Assembly (NCBI GenBank): GCA_038087875.1
Contig: JAXLNO010000073.1
Location: 620,001-684,000 of the forward strand
Length of the DNA: 64,000 bases
DNA from: Malacoraja senta
Taxonomy: Eukaryota
Reading direction: 5' to 3'
Both the position numbers and the translations under genes were made by a program. Numbering within the stretch: the first letter of the stretch is position 1; the number at the start of each line of letters is the position of its first letter. The notes below the pieces were generated by a model. That model searched no databases. It worked only from the letters and a program-made list of their open reading frames with translations, and was not told where the DNA came from. Positions 13,948 to 25,390 of the stretch are shown here, in pieces.

Positions 13948-15619
13948 CCAAGATCCTATAGCGAGCAAGATAGTCCACTCCTGCTAAATGCAATGGGCTG
14001 ACGTGTAGTACGCAACGGAGCGGAATGTGGGCAATTTCTTCGTCCATTTCAGTAACCCGACCTGACTTTGTATATCCCTCTCATAGTGTAATCAGCGTTG
14101 CGGGTGAACAGTGTGTGTGTGTGATATAGGGTTAGATTCATAATTCTGTTCATTCATAATTCTGTTAAATTTTGTTAAAGATTAATATGTTAACAAATTA
14201 TGATTCTGTTAATTGTCTTTTTTAATGTTTTTTTTAAACTTTTCTTGTTAAATGGCTCATTTGCTGCGTTTGAGTTAATTTTTGTATTACACTTGCATTC
14301 TGTAATTCATTCATCTAATCACACTGTTCACAACTGCGGTATTTGGAAAAATAATAGCAATATGAAGATTCCAGTTGCTCTGCTCTTGGAATGTTCATTA
14401 ATGTTCCTTAATGATTTTTTGTGTCTATGGAATTGTTTTGCAACAATAAAATGGGTCTGGTATTCCCAATAGCCAGAGAGTGGAATGAGATCTGTCTGTA
14501 ATGGTGGGGTTATCTAAATGAAGTATTTAACAAGATAAAATTTGTTTTGAGCTAGATTAAAAAATGATGTATAACTTAAGGATGGTTTTATTCATAGAAA
14601 CATAGAAAATAGGTGCAGGAGGAGGCCATTCGGCCCTTCGAGCCATTCATTGTGATCATGGCTGATCGTCCCCAATCAATAACCCGTGCCTGCCTTCCCC
14701 CAAAATCCCTTGATTCCACTAGCCGCTCAACGACCATACAACTGATTAGGTACACAAAAATGCTGGAGAAACTCAGCGGGTGCAGCAGCATCTATGGAGC
14801 GAAGGAAATAGGTAACGTTTCGGGCCGAAACCCTTCTTCAGACTGGTAGAGTTGGAGGGCAGGGGGGGATCACAGAGATGGGGCAGTTAGAGAGTTGGGT
14901 GTGGAACAGTCTCCGGAGAGAGGAGGAGAACTTCTTCAAAGTAGGCATACCTTGACGAGGTTTCGCAGTGGAGTAGACAAAGTGTTAAAGAAGGAACTGC
15001 AGATGCTGGAAAATCGAAGGTACACAAAAATGCTGGAGAAACTCAGCGGGTGCAGCAGCATCTATGGAGCGAAGGAAATAGGTAACGTTTCGGGCCGAAA
15101 CCCTTCTTCAGACAGGTTAGATTGTGTAGGAAAGAACACACATACACACACATATGAATGTGATAAAGATATATATAATCATATAACACACATATATATT
15201 TCTCCAGATTTTTATATATAATGATAAACTTTATTTCGGACTCAAGGCCCAGACAAGGCACAACATTACACACAAATACATTGCAAACCTCCCCGCAACT
15301 TTACCCTGGTGACCCAGCCATGCTGATCCGGGCCAGACTTCCCACACGCTGTGGAAGGAACATAGGCATCTTTTTGCTTTTATTGTGAGGCAGAGAGGCA
15401 GAAAGAAAATGAGTAGATTTTCAACAGAGATGTTTGATTTTTACGAGGATGTTTCCGTAAGCGGCTTCTGTCTCCGCACCAGTATCTTTGCTCCGTTATG
15501 GAGAACAAATTTGGCGGAGACGGAAGCCGGTTAGGGAAATGGGGCCGAAATTTACCCATGAATCTGCCCATGACCGTACTACGTCTTTATCGTCGAGTGC
15601 ACTATCTTGCTCGCTATAC
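13948..15619. mobile_element. Non-autonomous TIR element (P-like MITE), copy 1, containing a CR1 tail (about 14594-14730) and a Penelope pLTR pair (about 14750-15115)
   Basis: TIRs TATAGCGAGCAAGATAGTCCACTC ... GAGTGCACTATCTTGCTCGCTATA; internal sequence colinear with copy 2 (19753-33750). Confidence 0.75.
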
Positions 15620-15622
15620 TTT

Positions 15623-17808
15623 AATAATAATAATAATAATAATAACTTTATTTATAAAGCACTTTAAACAACCACAGTTGCCACAAAGTGCTGTACATGA
15701 GAAATCATGAACAAAAAGCTATTACAAACAATTAAAAACCATTAAAAACCGTAAAACGAAGGACTATAAAAAACACACTAAAAATTAAAAGACATTAAAA
15801 GCACTAAAAACAGGGGCAATGCCTCAGCCAGTGTCGAAAGCCAAAGAATAAAAATATGTTTTTAGGGAGGATTTGAAGATGGACAGTGAGGGGGCCTGTC
15901 TGATGTGCAGTGGCAAGGTGTTCCAGAGTGCCGGAGCAGCAACAGAAAAAGCTCTATCCCCTCTGAGCTTCCGCTTAGACCTTGGTACCTCAAGGAGCAG
16001 CTGATCAGCTGACCTGAGGCACCGGGCAGGAGCATATAGGTGGAGCAGCTCAGAGAGGTAAGGCGGGGCGAGCCCATTCAAGGATTTAAAAACAAATAAA
16101 AGAATTTTGAAATGAACTCGAAAGTGCACTGGGAGCCAGTGTAGGGAGGCCAAAATTGGCGTAATGTGCTCCCTCATTCGAGTTCCAGTCAAAAGGCGAG
16201 CGGCAGCATTTTGAACAAGCTGGAGGCGAGCCAATGAAGCTCGTGCGACTCCAGAGTAGAGTGCGTTACAGTAATCCAGCCTAGATGTAATAAAGGCATG
16301 GATTACTGTTTCAAAATGCTCCCGCTCGAGAATGGGCTTCACCTTTGCCAGCTTCCTTAGGTGAAAGAAGCTGGACTTAACCACCGCGCCTATTTGTTTG
16401 TCTAGTTTAAAATCACCGTCCATCCTAAAACCCAGGTTCAAGACGGTTGGCTTTACAGACAATGCCAGTGGACCCAAATCAACAAAGGGAGGTTCACGGC
16501 AGCCATTGGGGCCAAACAAAATCACCTCTGTCTTCTCTTCATTAAGTCCCAGAAAGTTTAAGGCCATCCAGGACTTAATGTCCTCAAGACAAGACAGAAG
16601 TGATTTTAGAGAATAGTCTTCTTCTTTCCTGAGTGGCATATATAACTGGCTATCATCTGCATAAAAGTGAAAGGAGATGCCATGCCTTCTTAAAATTGAG
16701 CCCAGAGGAAGTAGGTATAAGGAGAAGAGCAGGGGCCCTAAAATTGAGCCCTGTGGAACCCCATATACCAAGGGAGTGGAGGAGGATTCAAAGCCAGCAA
16801 GGCTTACACGCATGGTTCTGTCTGCCAGATAGGACCTGAACCATCCCAGGGCACTGCCACAAATGCCCACTTGGTGCTGTAGTCTGGAAATTAATATTCC
16901 ATGGTCCACTGTATCGAAGGCGGCAGATAGGTCCAGCAAGACAAGAACCACATAATTACCTGAGTCGTTTGCCAGGAGGATGTCGTTGAAGACCCTTAGC
17001 AGAGCCGACTCTGTGCTATGTATAGCCTTGAATCCAGACTGGAAAACCTCCCGAATATTGTGCTCATCCAGGAAGAGTTTCAGCTGCGCATAAACTACCT
17101 TCTCCATGATCTTAGAAATAAAAGGCAACTTGGAGATCGGCCTAAAATTGGCCAGATCAGTTTGATCCAGGCCTGGTTTTTTAAGTAGTGGTTGCACTAC
17201 AGCATGTTTAAAATTTATGGGGACAACCCCAGAACACAAGCTACTGTTTATAATGGCGAGAACCGACTGCCCTATACTCGGGAAAACCTCTTTAAAAAGA
17301 AGAGGAGGGACAGCATCACAGGGGGAACCCGACGGCTTAATATGCCTAACCACATCCTCTAGACCCGACAATGTCAGAGGCACAAACTTTTCAAATGCCA
17401 CCAGGCATGGGGCCGGAACAGAGGGGTCAGAGGCAGGAGCTGAGATGAGAGCCCTTATAGAAACGACCTTATTAATAAAGAAGTGCAGGAAGTCATTGCA
17501 CAATTCGGACGATGCTTCCAAGCAAACAGGCTGTGGGGCATTTAAAACAGAATCAATAGTTTTGAATAATACGCGTGGGTCGTGACGCTTAGCCACTATT
17601 ATATTAGACAGGTAATATCTTTTGGCCTCTTTAACAGTATTTTGGTAATTTCGCCAGCTGTCCTTTAGGATTTGCGATGAAACCTGCAGCCTGTCCTTCC
17701 ACTTTCGTTCAGCTCTGCGACAATCCCGTCGAGCTGTACGAGTTGCGTCACTAAACCAGGGCTCGGGTTTAGCTCTGGGCTGCAAAGTTTTTAAAGGAGC
17801 CACAGAGT
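15623..17808 (-). mobile_element. L2-clade LINE, 5'-truncated, with an uninterrupted 659-aa RT reading frame (15824..17803)
   Basis: NFRPISKLPFISK, FQSGFKAIHSTESALL, LLDLSAAFDTVDH, GVPQGSILGPLLF, HFYADDSQLY, HITPILASLHWLPV; (AAT)n tail at 15623-15645. Confidence 0.95.
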
Positions 17809-17997
17809 CCTTTGCTCGTGATCACCATCTTTTATATGCCCCGCGAACCTGAGGGCCGAATCACACAGGGGGTTGTCTTACACTTACCCAATGACAGATA
17901 TCGATTAACCCCATACACAACAGACATCTCCCTAACCCAATAATACAACAGCTCAATACATTGTATTCCTAACGAACTCCAGGGTGAAGTCAACTAT

Positions 17998-18886
17998 AGG
18001 GAAGTTTCACGGCAGTCGGGTCTCGACCCATGACCCGTACTGTTGCTACGCTACGCCAAGTGGAGTACACGCGATGAACTGCAGATAAGCACTTACCATT
18101 GTTTCCAGCGTAGCGGGCCCGTTAAAACCCGCCGAAATTGTCAATTTTTGCGCTGTAAATAATTATGGAAATCGGGATAAGCGCGAGAGACATTTATCCT
18201 CCTTCAGAATTCCAAAAGTGAGGAGAAATGACGGTAGATAGAAGCGAGAGCTGAAGGGACAACAACAGCCAGAGTGCTTGGCGAACATTGGCCGTTTGCT
18301 CACTGCATTTCATCAACTAAGGCATTATTTGTGTTTTTTCTTGATTCCTTTGGCATCTAAAAAGTTTCAGAAGTGATAAATCTGACTGTAAAATTTAAAA
18401 ATCGCCCATGGTTCTCAAGTGGGTTTTTACATACAAAAAGAAAACGCCTCTGAAGCAAAATTTACAACCAGATTTATCACTTCTGAGACTTTTTAGATCA
18501 AGAAAAAAAACATATAATGCCTTACTGTTGATGAAATGCAGTGAGCAAACGCGATAATTCCCAATATTTTCAATTCCGATATCTACACGGCCAATGTTCG
18601 CCAAGCACTTTAGCTGCTGTTGTCCCTTCAGCTCTCGCTTCTCTTTACCTTCATTTCGCTTCACTTTTGGAATTCTGAAGTTGGGTACATGTCTCTCACA
18701 CTTACCCCGACTTCCACAAGTTTTTACAGAGCAACAATTCAACATTTTGGCGTTTTTTAACAGGTAGGAAAGTACGCGTTTCTTGCATTAATAACATATA
18801 CCGGAAGTTACGGATGTCCTCCAGATGGATTGAGCGGCTCCGTGCATCAAGCCCTATGACCCGGTGACCTTACGTGCAACCGCCCT
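17998..18886. mobile_element. ISL2EU/PIF-Harbinger-like MITE with two inverted THAP-domain relics
   Basis: Termini AGGGAAGTTTCACG ... CGTGCAACCGCCCT flanked by AT on both sides; ORF 18395..18745 has a THAP pattern (C..C..FRIP..RVCSLHF); a degraded inverted copy lies at about 18137-18395. Confidence 0.7.
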
Positions 18887-19701
18887 ATTGAAACATGTAC
18901 CCTGATTTACAGGGTTTCCAGACAAGGCTTAACACTTCATCCAATAAACATCCAGCAGAGTCAGAGTCTGCAACATTATATATAACTTATTTACAAATGT
19001 ATATCTAGTTTGCAACCACCCAATCCATTCTATGCATTTGGTATCAGATTGACAAGGTTTGCAGGTTCCCAACCCTTTTGCATATAAATTGTATCTAAGC
19101 TCCAGACCATCTGGCACCTCTCGCAGCCTGTCCCAGCTCTGCAGAGATCATTCCCAATCTGACCAAATCTCCCAACAAGCCCTGTAACTTAGCCCCATTT
19201 TAGAAGTCCTGACTGGTCCAATTTAGCCAGGATTAACATCCCCTGTAAATTGTCCCCAGCGAGTGTGGGATAGTGCAGGGATCGCTTGTCGGCGTGGACA
19301 CGGTGGGCCACAGGGCTTTTTTCCCCGCTGTATCCCCAAACTAAACCTAGAACTAGTGTGTGAACGGGTGATCGATGGTCGGTCAGGATTAGGTGGGCTG
19401 AAGAGCCTGTTTCCGCGCTAAAATATAAATCAATACTTTTAATGGTCTTGCCATTAACTCTATATTCTCTCCTTGTGCCGTCAACCTACCAAATCACAAC
19501 ACCGCACTCTTGCTCGGATTAAACTCCTTCTGCCATTTCTCCGCCCCTTTCTGCATCTAATCTTCATCCCGCAGTATCTTCCGACAGCTTCCTCACTGTC
19601 TGCAACTCCTCCAATCTTGGTGTTGTTTGCAAACCCACTCAGACACAGATCGCCAGCATCTTCATACATGCGCTTATGCATCTTCATACATAAGTGAGGG
19701 A

Positions 19702-19717
19702 CAGCGCCCCCATGTGG
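19702..19717 (-). promoter_or_regulatory. Candidate CTCF motif
   Basis: Minus strand CCACATGGGGGCGCTG, close to the consensus CCACYAGRKGGCGC, in a short stretch not assigned to a TE. Confidence 0.4.
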
Positions 19718-21189
19718 TCCTGGACATTTCTGCCACTGTAAATAAAATAAAGCAAAGATTCTATAGCGGAGCAAGATAAACCACTCCTGCTAAATGCAAT
19801 GGGCTGACGTGTAGTACACAACGGAGCGGAACGTGGGCCTTTTTTGTGAATGATTAATATGTTAACAAATTATGATTCTGTTAATTGTCTTTTTAATGTG
19901 TTTTTTAAAGCTTTTCTTTTTAAATGGCTCATGTGCTGTGTTTGAATTTGAGTTGATTTTTGTATTACACTTGCACTCTGTAATTCATCTAATCACACTG
20001 TTCACAACTGCGGTATTTATAAAATAATAGCAATATGAAGATTCCAGTTACTCTGCTCTTGGAATCTTGAAATGTTCATTAATGTTCCTTAATGTTTTTT
20101 TGTGTCTATGGAATTGTTTTTCAACAATAAAATGGGTCTGTGTGTGTGTGGGGGTCTGTGTGTGTGTGAGTCTGTGTGTGTGTGAGTCTGTGTGTGTGAG
20201 TCTGCAGGGCCGGCCTTAGGAGGTGCAGGGCCCAATTGGGAAAAAATTCCCATAGAAATATAAATAAATAATTATAAATGAGTCACGTGTCGTGAGAAAC
20301 ATGACAATTCAGGGGAGAGTTCCTTTTGCAGCGTGTGGGGAGTCTAGCCAGGGGTAAAGTTGCGGGGAGGGCAGGAGCGTTGAGAAGGAGAGGGTCGGGT
20401 TCATGCCAGTAACTCGCTCCCTCACCGATTCCGCGGCGCTCCGGGCGCCACCGCATTGTGGCCGGGGAGGGAAGCAGCTCGCGTGGCAACGAGCGGCCTC
20501 CATCACCGGACAGCAGAACCGACTGCATCTCAGCGCCTTCTGCCGGCCTGCTCACCTCTGGCAGTGCTCTCCATGTGAACAGTGAGGGGACCAGCTCAAG
20601 AGCAAAGATCATAGAGCGAAGTGGGACAGCGGGTGATGGATAATATCATAGCGGGCGGTGGAGCTTACTCCTGTGTCAGCGCAAACAAGGGATCGATTGA
20701 GGTTGCTCGCACTGACACATGGAGTAAGCTCCACCGCCCGCTGTCCTGTTATCCATCGCCCGCTGACCAGCTCTTGAGCTGGATGATCCCCGGCCGACCC
20801 CCTCCTTCTCAACGCTCCTGCCCTCCCCGCAACTTTACCTCTGGACAGACTACCCACACGCTCTGAAAGGAACTCCCCCCCCCCACAACAGCACTGTCCT
20901 TTTACAGTCGCTTCCCACTTTACAGCAGCTTCCCATCAGCTGCTAGCAATGAGGGATAGACTTGGCTATCCCCCAGTACAGCAACATCGTTCTTCATGTT
21001 GCTGTATTGAGGGATAACGAAGTCTATCTTTCTTGGCTAACAACCTAACCTTCGGCCACCAAGACGCAGGTACATTTTCTAGCAATGTTACAAAATTTTG
21101 ATATTTTAAAAATCAAGTCTGCAATTTATCCCATCTGATAAAGCATAAAATGTTTAATTTGACACCTAATTCACTTTCATATCACATTC

Positions 21190-21770
21190 ATTCAATGTGA
21201 TCATGGCTAATCATCCACAATCAGTACCCCATTCCTGCCTTCTCCCCATATCACCTGACTCCGCTATCTTTAAGAGCCCTATCTAGCTCTCTCTTGAAAG
21301 CATCCTGAGAACCGGCCTCCACCTCCACTGAGGCAGAGAATTCCACAGACTCACAACTCTCTGTGAGAAAAAGTGTTTCCTTGTCTCCGTTCTAAATAGA
21401 TTACCCCTTATTCTTAAACGGTGGCCCCTGGTTCTGGACTCCCCCAACATCGGGAACATGTTTTCTGCCTCTAGCGTGTCCAAACCCTTAATAATCTTTT
21501 ATGTTTCAATAAGATACCCTCTCATCCTTCTAAACTCCAGAGTGTGCAAGCCCAGCCGCTCCATTCTCTCAGCATATGACAGTCTCGCCATCCCGGGAAT
21601 TAACCTACGCTGCACTCCCTCAATAGCAAGGATGTCCTTCCTCAAATTAGGGGACCAAAACTGCACACAATACTCCAGGTGCGGTCTCACAAGAACTTTG
21701 TACAACTGCAGAAGGACCTCTTTGCTCCTATATTCGATTCCTCTTGTTATAAAGGCCAACATGCCATTTC
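21190..21770 (-). mobile_element. CR1/HER1 LINE 3' fragment
   Basis: LVRPHLEYCVQFWSP, LEFRRMRGYLIET, SRTRGH. Confidence 0.9.
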
Positions 21771-22487
21771 TTAGCGCTAACGGCAGGTACTCGGGAAACG
21801 TGGTAACTCGTGAAGATTTTTCAACATGTTGAAAAATGTCCACGAGTAAAATATACTCAGGATGTAAAAATTTGATATTTTTTAACACGTAGTCATACCG
21901 TAGTAGCTGGTGAGTTTACCGTAGTAGGACCTGGTGTCCTATATCACTATTGTATGTTCATGATGGAAATAAGAATACCCTGTATATTCATTACCTTTGA
22001 ATTGTAGTTTTATGTAATCCTCCCATAATTTCTGAGTTCCATTTCACAATATCTATCAGACATACAGAATGTTGCAAGGTAATATCTTGCCCAAACTCAG
22101 TTGTATCTTTCTATCTCAATAAATATCTCAAAATATGCCCTTGTTTCAGCCACATTATGATAAAATATAGAATGTAGGTTATTTGTTATCAGTCACCCCA
22201 TCCCAGAAACAACAGTACTTAAAGAAGAACATTTGTTTTACTAATTTACGAGCATGTACCATACAGAGTCCGTTGATCCATATCCAACAAAGTGTTGTGA
22301 TAATTGCATAAAAGGTATTATTGTCTAAGAAATTTGGTGTGGAATAATAATCCATCTCAGTACTCATTTAGGCAAGTCCCAAGCTATAGATACTTTTCCC
22401 CCACCCCCAATCCCCCTCGCCCGATCTTCATTGAACCTACCATTTGACCAATCTTTTACTCAGCTGCTGTAACGTTTCCTTCCTATC

Positions 22488-23158
22488 AAAATCTCTGTGT
22501 AGCATCTCTGTCACTATCTCCCAAATCCCACTTTGATATAAAATACAACTTTTGACTTAAAAATTTCGCAGCAGGATCGCTATATAAATGCAAATATATG
22601 GTATTTTATCCCAGCATCCCCCCCCCCCCCCCCCTTACCACCACACAAGAAGCGTAACTTGAAGCGTTTGCATTTGGAGAAGTTCGATACGGACCAGGAA
22701 TGAAAATTAATAGCTATGAATCGATTAACAGCGAGCTACGAGGTGAGATTGAAACACTTGTCAGAGGGTTAGGAAACAATCCTGAGTTGACGGCGTATTG
22801 TTTTAAGTGAGCATTTTGCTGCGACCTCACCTTATTCTGGTTAATATTCTTTCCACGGAAATCTCCTATTTCACTTTGAAATTATATTCATTTATAACCG
22901 TTTGTAACATCAGTAACTACCTTAATGTTCGTGCGTTTAGTACCGGGTATGCTTGAAACTATTTATTGTAATGTACTGTATCTTTTATTAAAAAACTATA
23001 TCAACCAGGTGTGAGAATTACACTGAATCGAACGATGGTTGAAAATGCGTGGAAATCGACTAATCGCGATCCTGCTGCGAAATGTTTAAGTCGAAAGTTG
23101 TATTTTATTTCAAAGTGGGAATTTGAAGATAGGAACAGAGATGCTACACAGAGATTTT
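22488..23158. mobile_element. MITE with about 95-bp terminal inverted repeats
   Basis: AAAATCTCTGTGTAGCATCTCTG...TTTCGCAGCAGGATCGC is mirrored by GCGATCCTGCTGCGAAA...CAGAGATGCTACACAGAGATTTT. Confidence 0.8.
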
Positions 23159-23304
23159 AAACTCGGGAGAGCTCTTGGGTGAACTCGCACAGTGGGACAG
23201 GGCTTGAGGCAGCATCTATGGAGCGAATGAAATAGCCAACGTTTCAGGCCGGGTCTGAAGAAGGGTTTCGACCCGAAACGTTGCATATTTCCTTTGCTCC
23301 ATAG

Positions 23305-23306
23305 AT

Positions 23307-23339
<33 letters not shown>

Positions 23340-24099
23340 GAAGGGAGTCAGATAGACTGCACAATGACAGGGGGGATCCCAGTGTGAGAGTGAGTCACCA
23401 CCTGCATACAGCGTTCCCACAGCCCTCTTCTCCACCAAGCAAGGCACACTCCTCTCTCCCCTCCGCCCTCTCCCCTTCCTTCACTCATCCTCCCCCTCTC
23501 TAAAGAAGGAGGGGGAGGTAGGGGAGGGAGGTAGTGAGAGGTAGGAGAGGGAGATCTAAAGGGTAACTGGTTTTGGTCTCCAATCACCTCTCTCTCTCTC
23601 TCCCCTTCTCTCCCCCTCTCTCTCTCGCTCTCTCTCTCTCCCCTCTCTCTCTCCCTCTCTCTCTCATCCCCCCTCTCTCTCTCTCTCTCCCCTTCCTCTC
23701 TCTCTCTCTCCCCCCTCTCTATCAAATTCTCTCTCCCCCCTCTCTCCCTCTCCCTCTCCCCTTCGTCTCTCCCTCTCTTCGCTCTCCAATTTCCTCTCTC
23801 TCTCTCCCCCCTCTCTCTCCGCCCTTCCTCTCTCATCTCTCTCCAATTCTCTCTCTCTCCCTCTCCCTCTCTCTCCCCGCCCGCCCCCCCCCCCACCACT
23901 CCTCCTCTACACCCAGCCACGTTTATATCTACAGTTCACTCCAGGAGTGTGTGTGTGTGAGAGCCGGGCAGTGTTTCTCATTCTGACTCTGCTCCGTGAG
24001 CTGCTCGTATTGACAGTAATCGTGTCCAACTCTTAACTGAAAGCGTGTGGTTTGCAAACTGAAAACCCCCCTCTCTCTGTCTCTCCACTGCCGCCCCCC

Positions 24100-24135
<36 letters not shown>

Positions 24136-24330
24136 GACAGAGACACACGCAGATAGAGACACACACACACAGACACAGAGACACAGAAACACAGACACAC
24201 ACAGCCACAGAGACACAGAACGCAAACACACACAGCCACAGAGACACACACACACAGAAACACAGAGTCACACACACAGACAGACACACATACACAGACA
24301 GACACAGACAGACAGACAGACAGACACACA
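23305..24330. repeat. Low-complexity cluster: poly-G (about 23305-23339), (CT)n (about 23587-23880), (CA/GACA)n (about 24100-24330)
   Basis: Directly visible simple repeats. Confidence 0.95.
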
Positions 24331-25267
24331 GAGGGATAAATCCCACCCGTACCCCGGCCCGGACATTAACCCCGACACAATGTTAACACAGACTCAAACC
24401 TCCAACCTGGTCTGCTGTTGTACTGGTATCGAACGAGTTAACACAACCCCCAGATCTTTTTATCCACAGATTGTCTCCCTCTCGCACTTATCCGGCCTGT
24501 TGCCTTCCGTTTCTGCTTCAGGTCTTTTAACTCTATCCTCCCCGACCAAGAGTGGGCCGGTACGCCGCCAATCTTATACAAATCTGACCCTTTCTGGCCC
24601 CACCCCCCATCCTCCTACTCACACACCGCCCGCCTGCCTGCTCCCGGCGTTTAGCGTTGAATACTCACGGCTGAGTTCGCTACGGTGCTGGGACTTGCTG
24701 CCCTGTTTGCGCCTGGCCAGACTCCCCCACCCCTCCCCCCGGAGCCCGATACTTACCCCCACCCGGTCAAGACCAGAGTCTCGGCCGCTCCGGCGGCAGC
24801 GAGTCAAAACACAATTTAACGCATTTACTGAGGAATGTGGATCGATGCATTGATGACCCATTGTATACTTCTTAACTACTGGCTGTTAACAAGTGCTACA
24901 GTAGCAGTTAACACATCGTTTGTTATCCACAGCGGATGTTATCCATGTTCGTTTTGTAAAAAAATCCGTATGCCGAATGTTTAAAAAAAAATCTTTATTT
25001 AACAAAAGAATTAGTATTTCCATATGAAATACGGAAAATTAACGCGGGGCCCCCCTTGGGCGCGGGGCCCAATTTGGAAAAATCGGTCCAATCGGCCTAA
25101 GGCCGGCCCTGTGAGTCTGTGTGTGTGTCTCTCTGTGTGTGTCTGTGTGAGTGAGTCTGTGTGTGTGTGTGTGTGTGTGTGTCTGTGTGTGAGTGAGTCT
25201 GTGTGTGTGTGTGTCTGTGTGAGTGAGTCTGTGTGTGAGTGTGTGTCTGAGAGCCTGTGTGTGAGTA

Positions 25268-25390
25268 AAGGAGGGTTCCACGTAAGGTCGCCGGGTGAAA
25301 GGGCATGACGAACGGAACCGCTCAATCCATCTGGAGGACATCGCAGCTTCCGGTATATGTTGTTAATACACGAGTGTACTTTCCTATTGG
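25268..25390 (-). mobile_element. Terminal fragment of the THAP-MITE family
   Basis: Reverse complement of about 18765-18886 (CACGTAAGGTC, CCGCTCAATCCATCTGGAGGACATC, CTTCCGGTATATGTT). Confidence 0.75.

Larger units (their letters stand above)
1..19238 (-). mobile_element. Degraded endogenous retrovirus-like element, fragmented by nested insertions (own pieces about 1-351, 433-1493, 4111-6212, 10448-10885, 13629-13947, 17811-17997, 18889-19238); 3' end lies outside the window
   Basis: tRNA-Pro-type PBS at 13709-13726 next to a CA-ending LTR edge at 13728; CCHC knuckle at 1234-1275; MG-start gag-like frame at 5144; TATA/CCAAT-containing segment 17811-17970; possible LTR start TGTTAA at 19238. 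Joining the pieces is inference from the boundaries of the inserted elements. Confidence 0.65.
20205..25111. mobile_element. Non-autonomous hAT element with composite interior
   Basis: Perfect 16-bp TIR CAGGGCCGGCCTTAGG (20205-20220 / 25096-25111) and 8-bp TSD TGAGTCTG, inserted in a TG-rich microsatellite. Confidence 0.8.

Noticed and set aside
13940..17822. TSD for P-like MITE copy 1
   Set aside because: The left flank AGGATCGG does not match the sequence after the L2 (CTCGTGAT); the right end was disturbed by the L2 insertion.
21925..22480. Possible L1-type ORF2 fragment on the minus strand
   Set aside because: Only faint motif resemblance; too degraded to call without a search.
23348..25341. 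ORFs rich in ER, CV or HT dipeptides
   Set aside because: Translations of (CT)n and (CA)n microsatellites.
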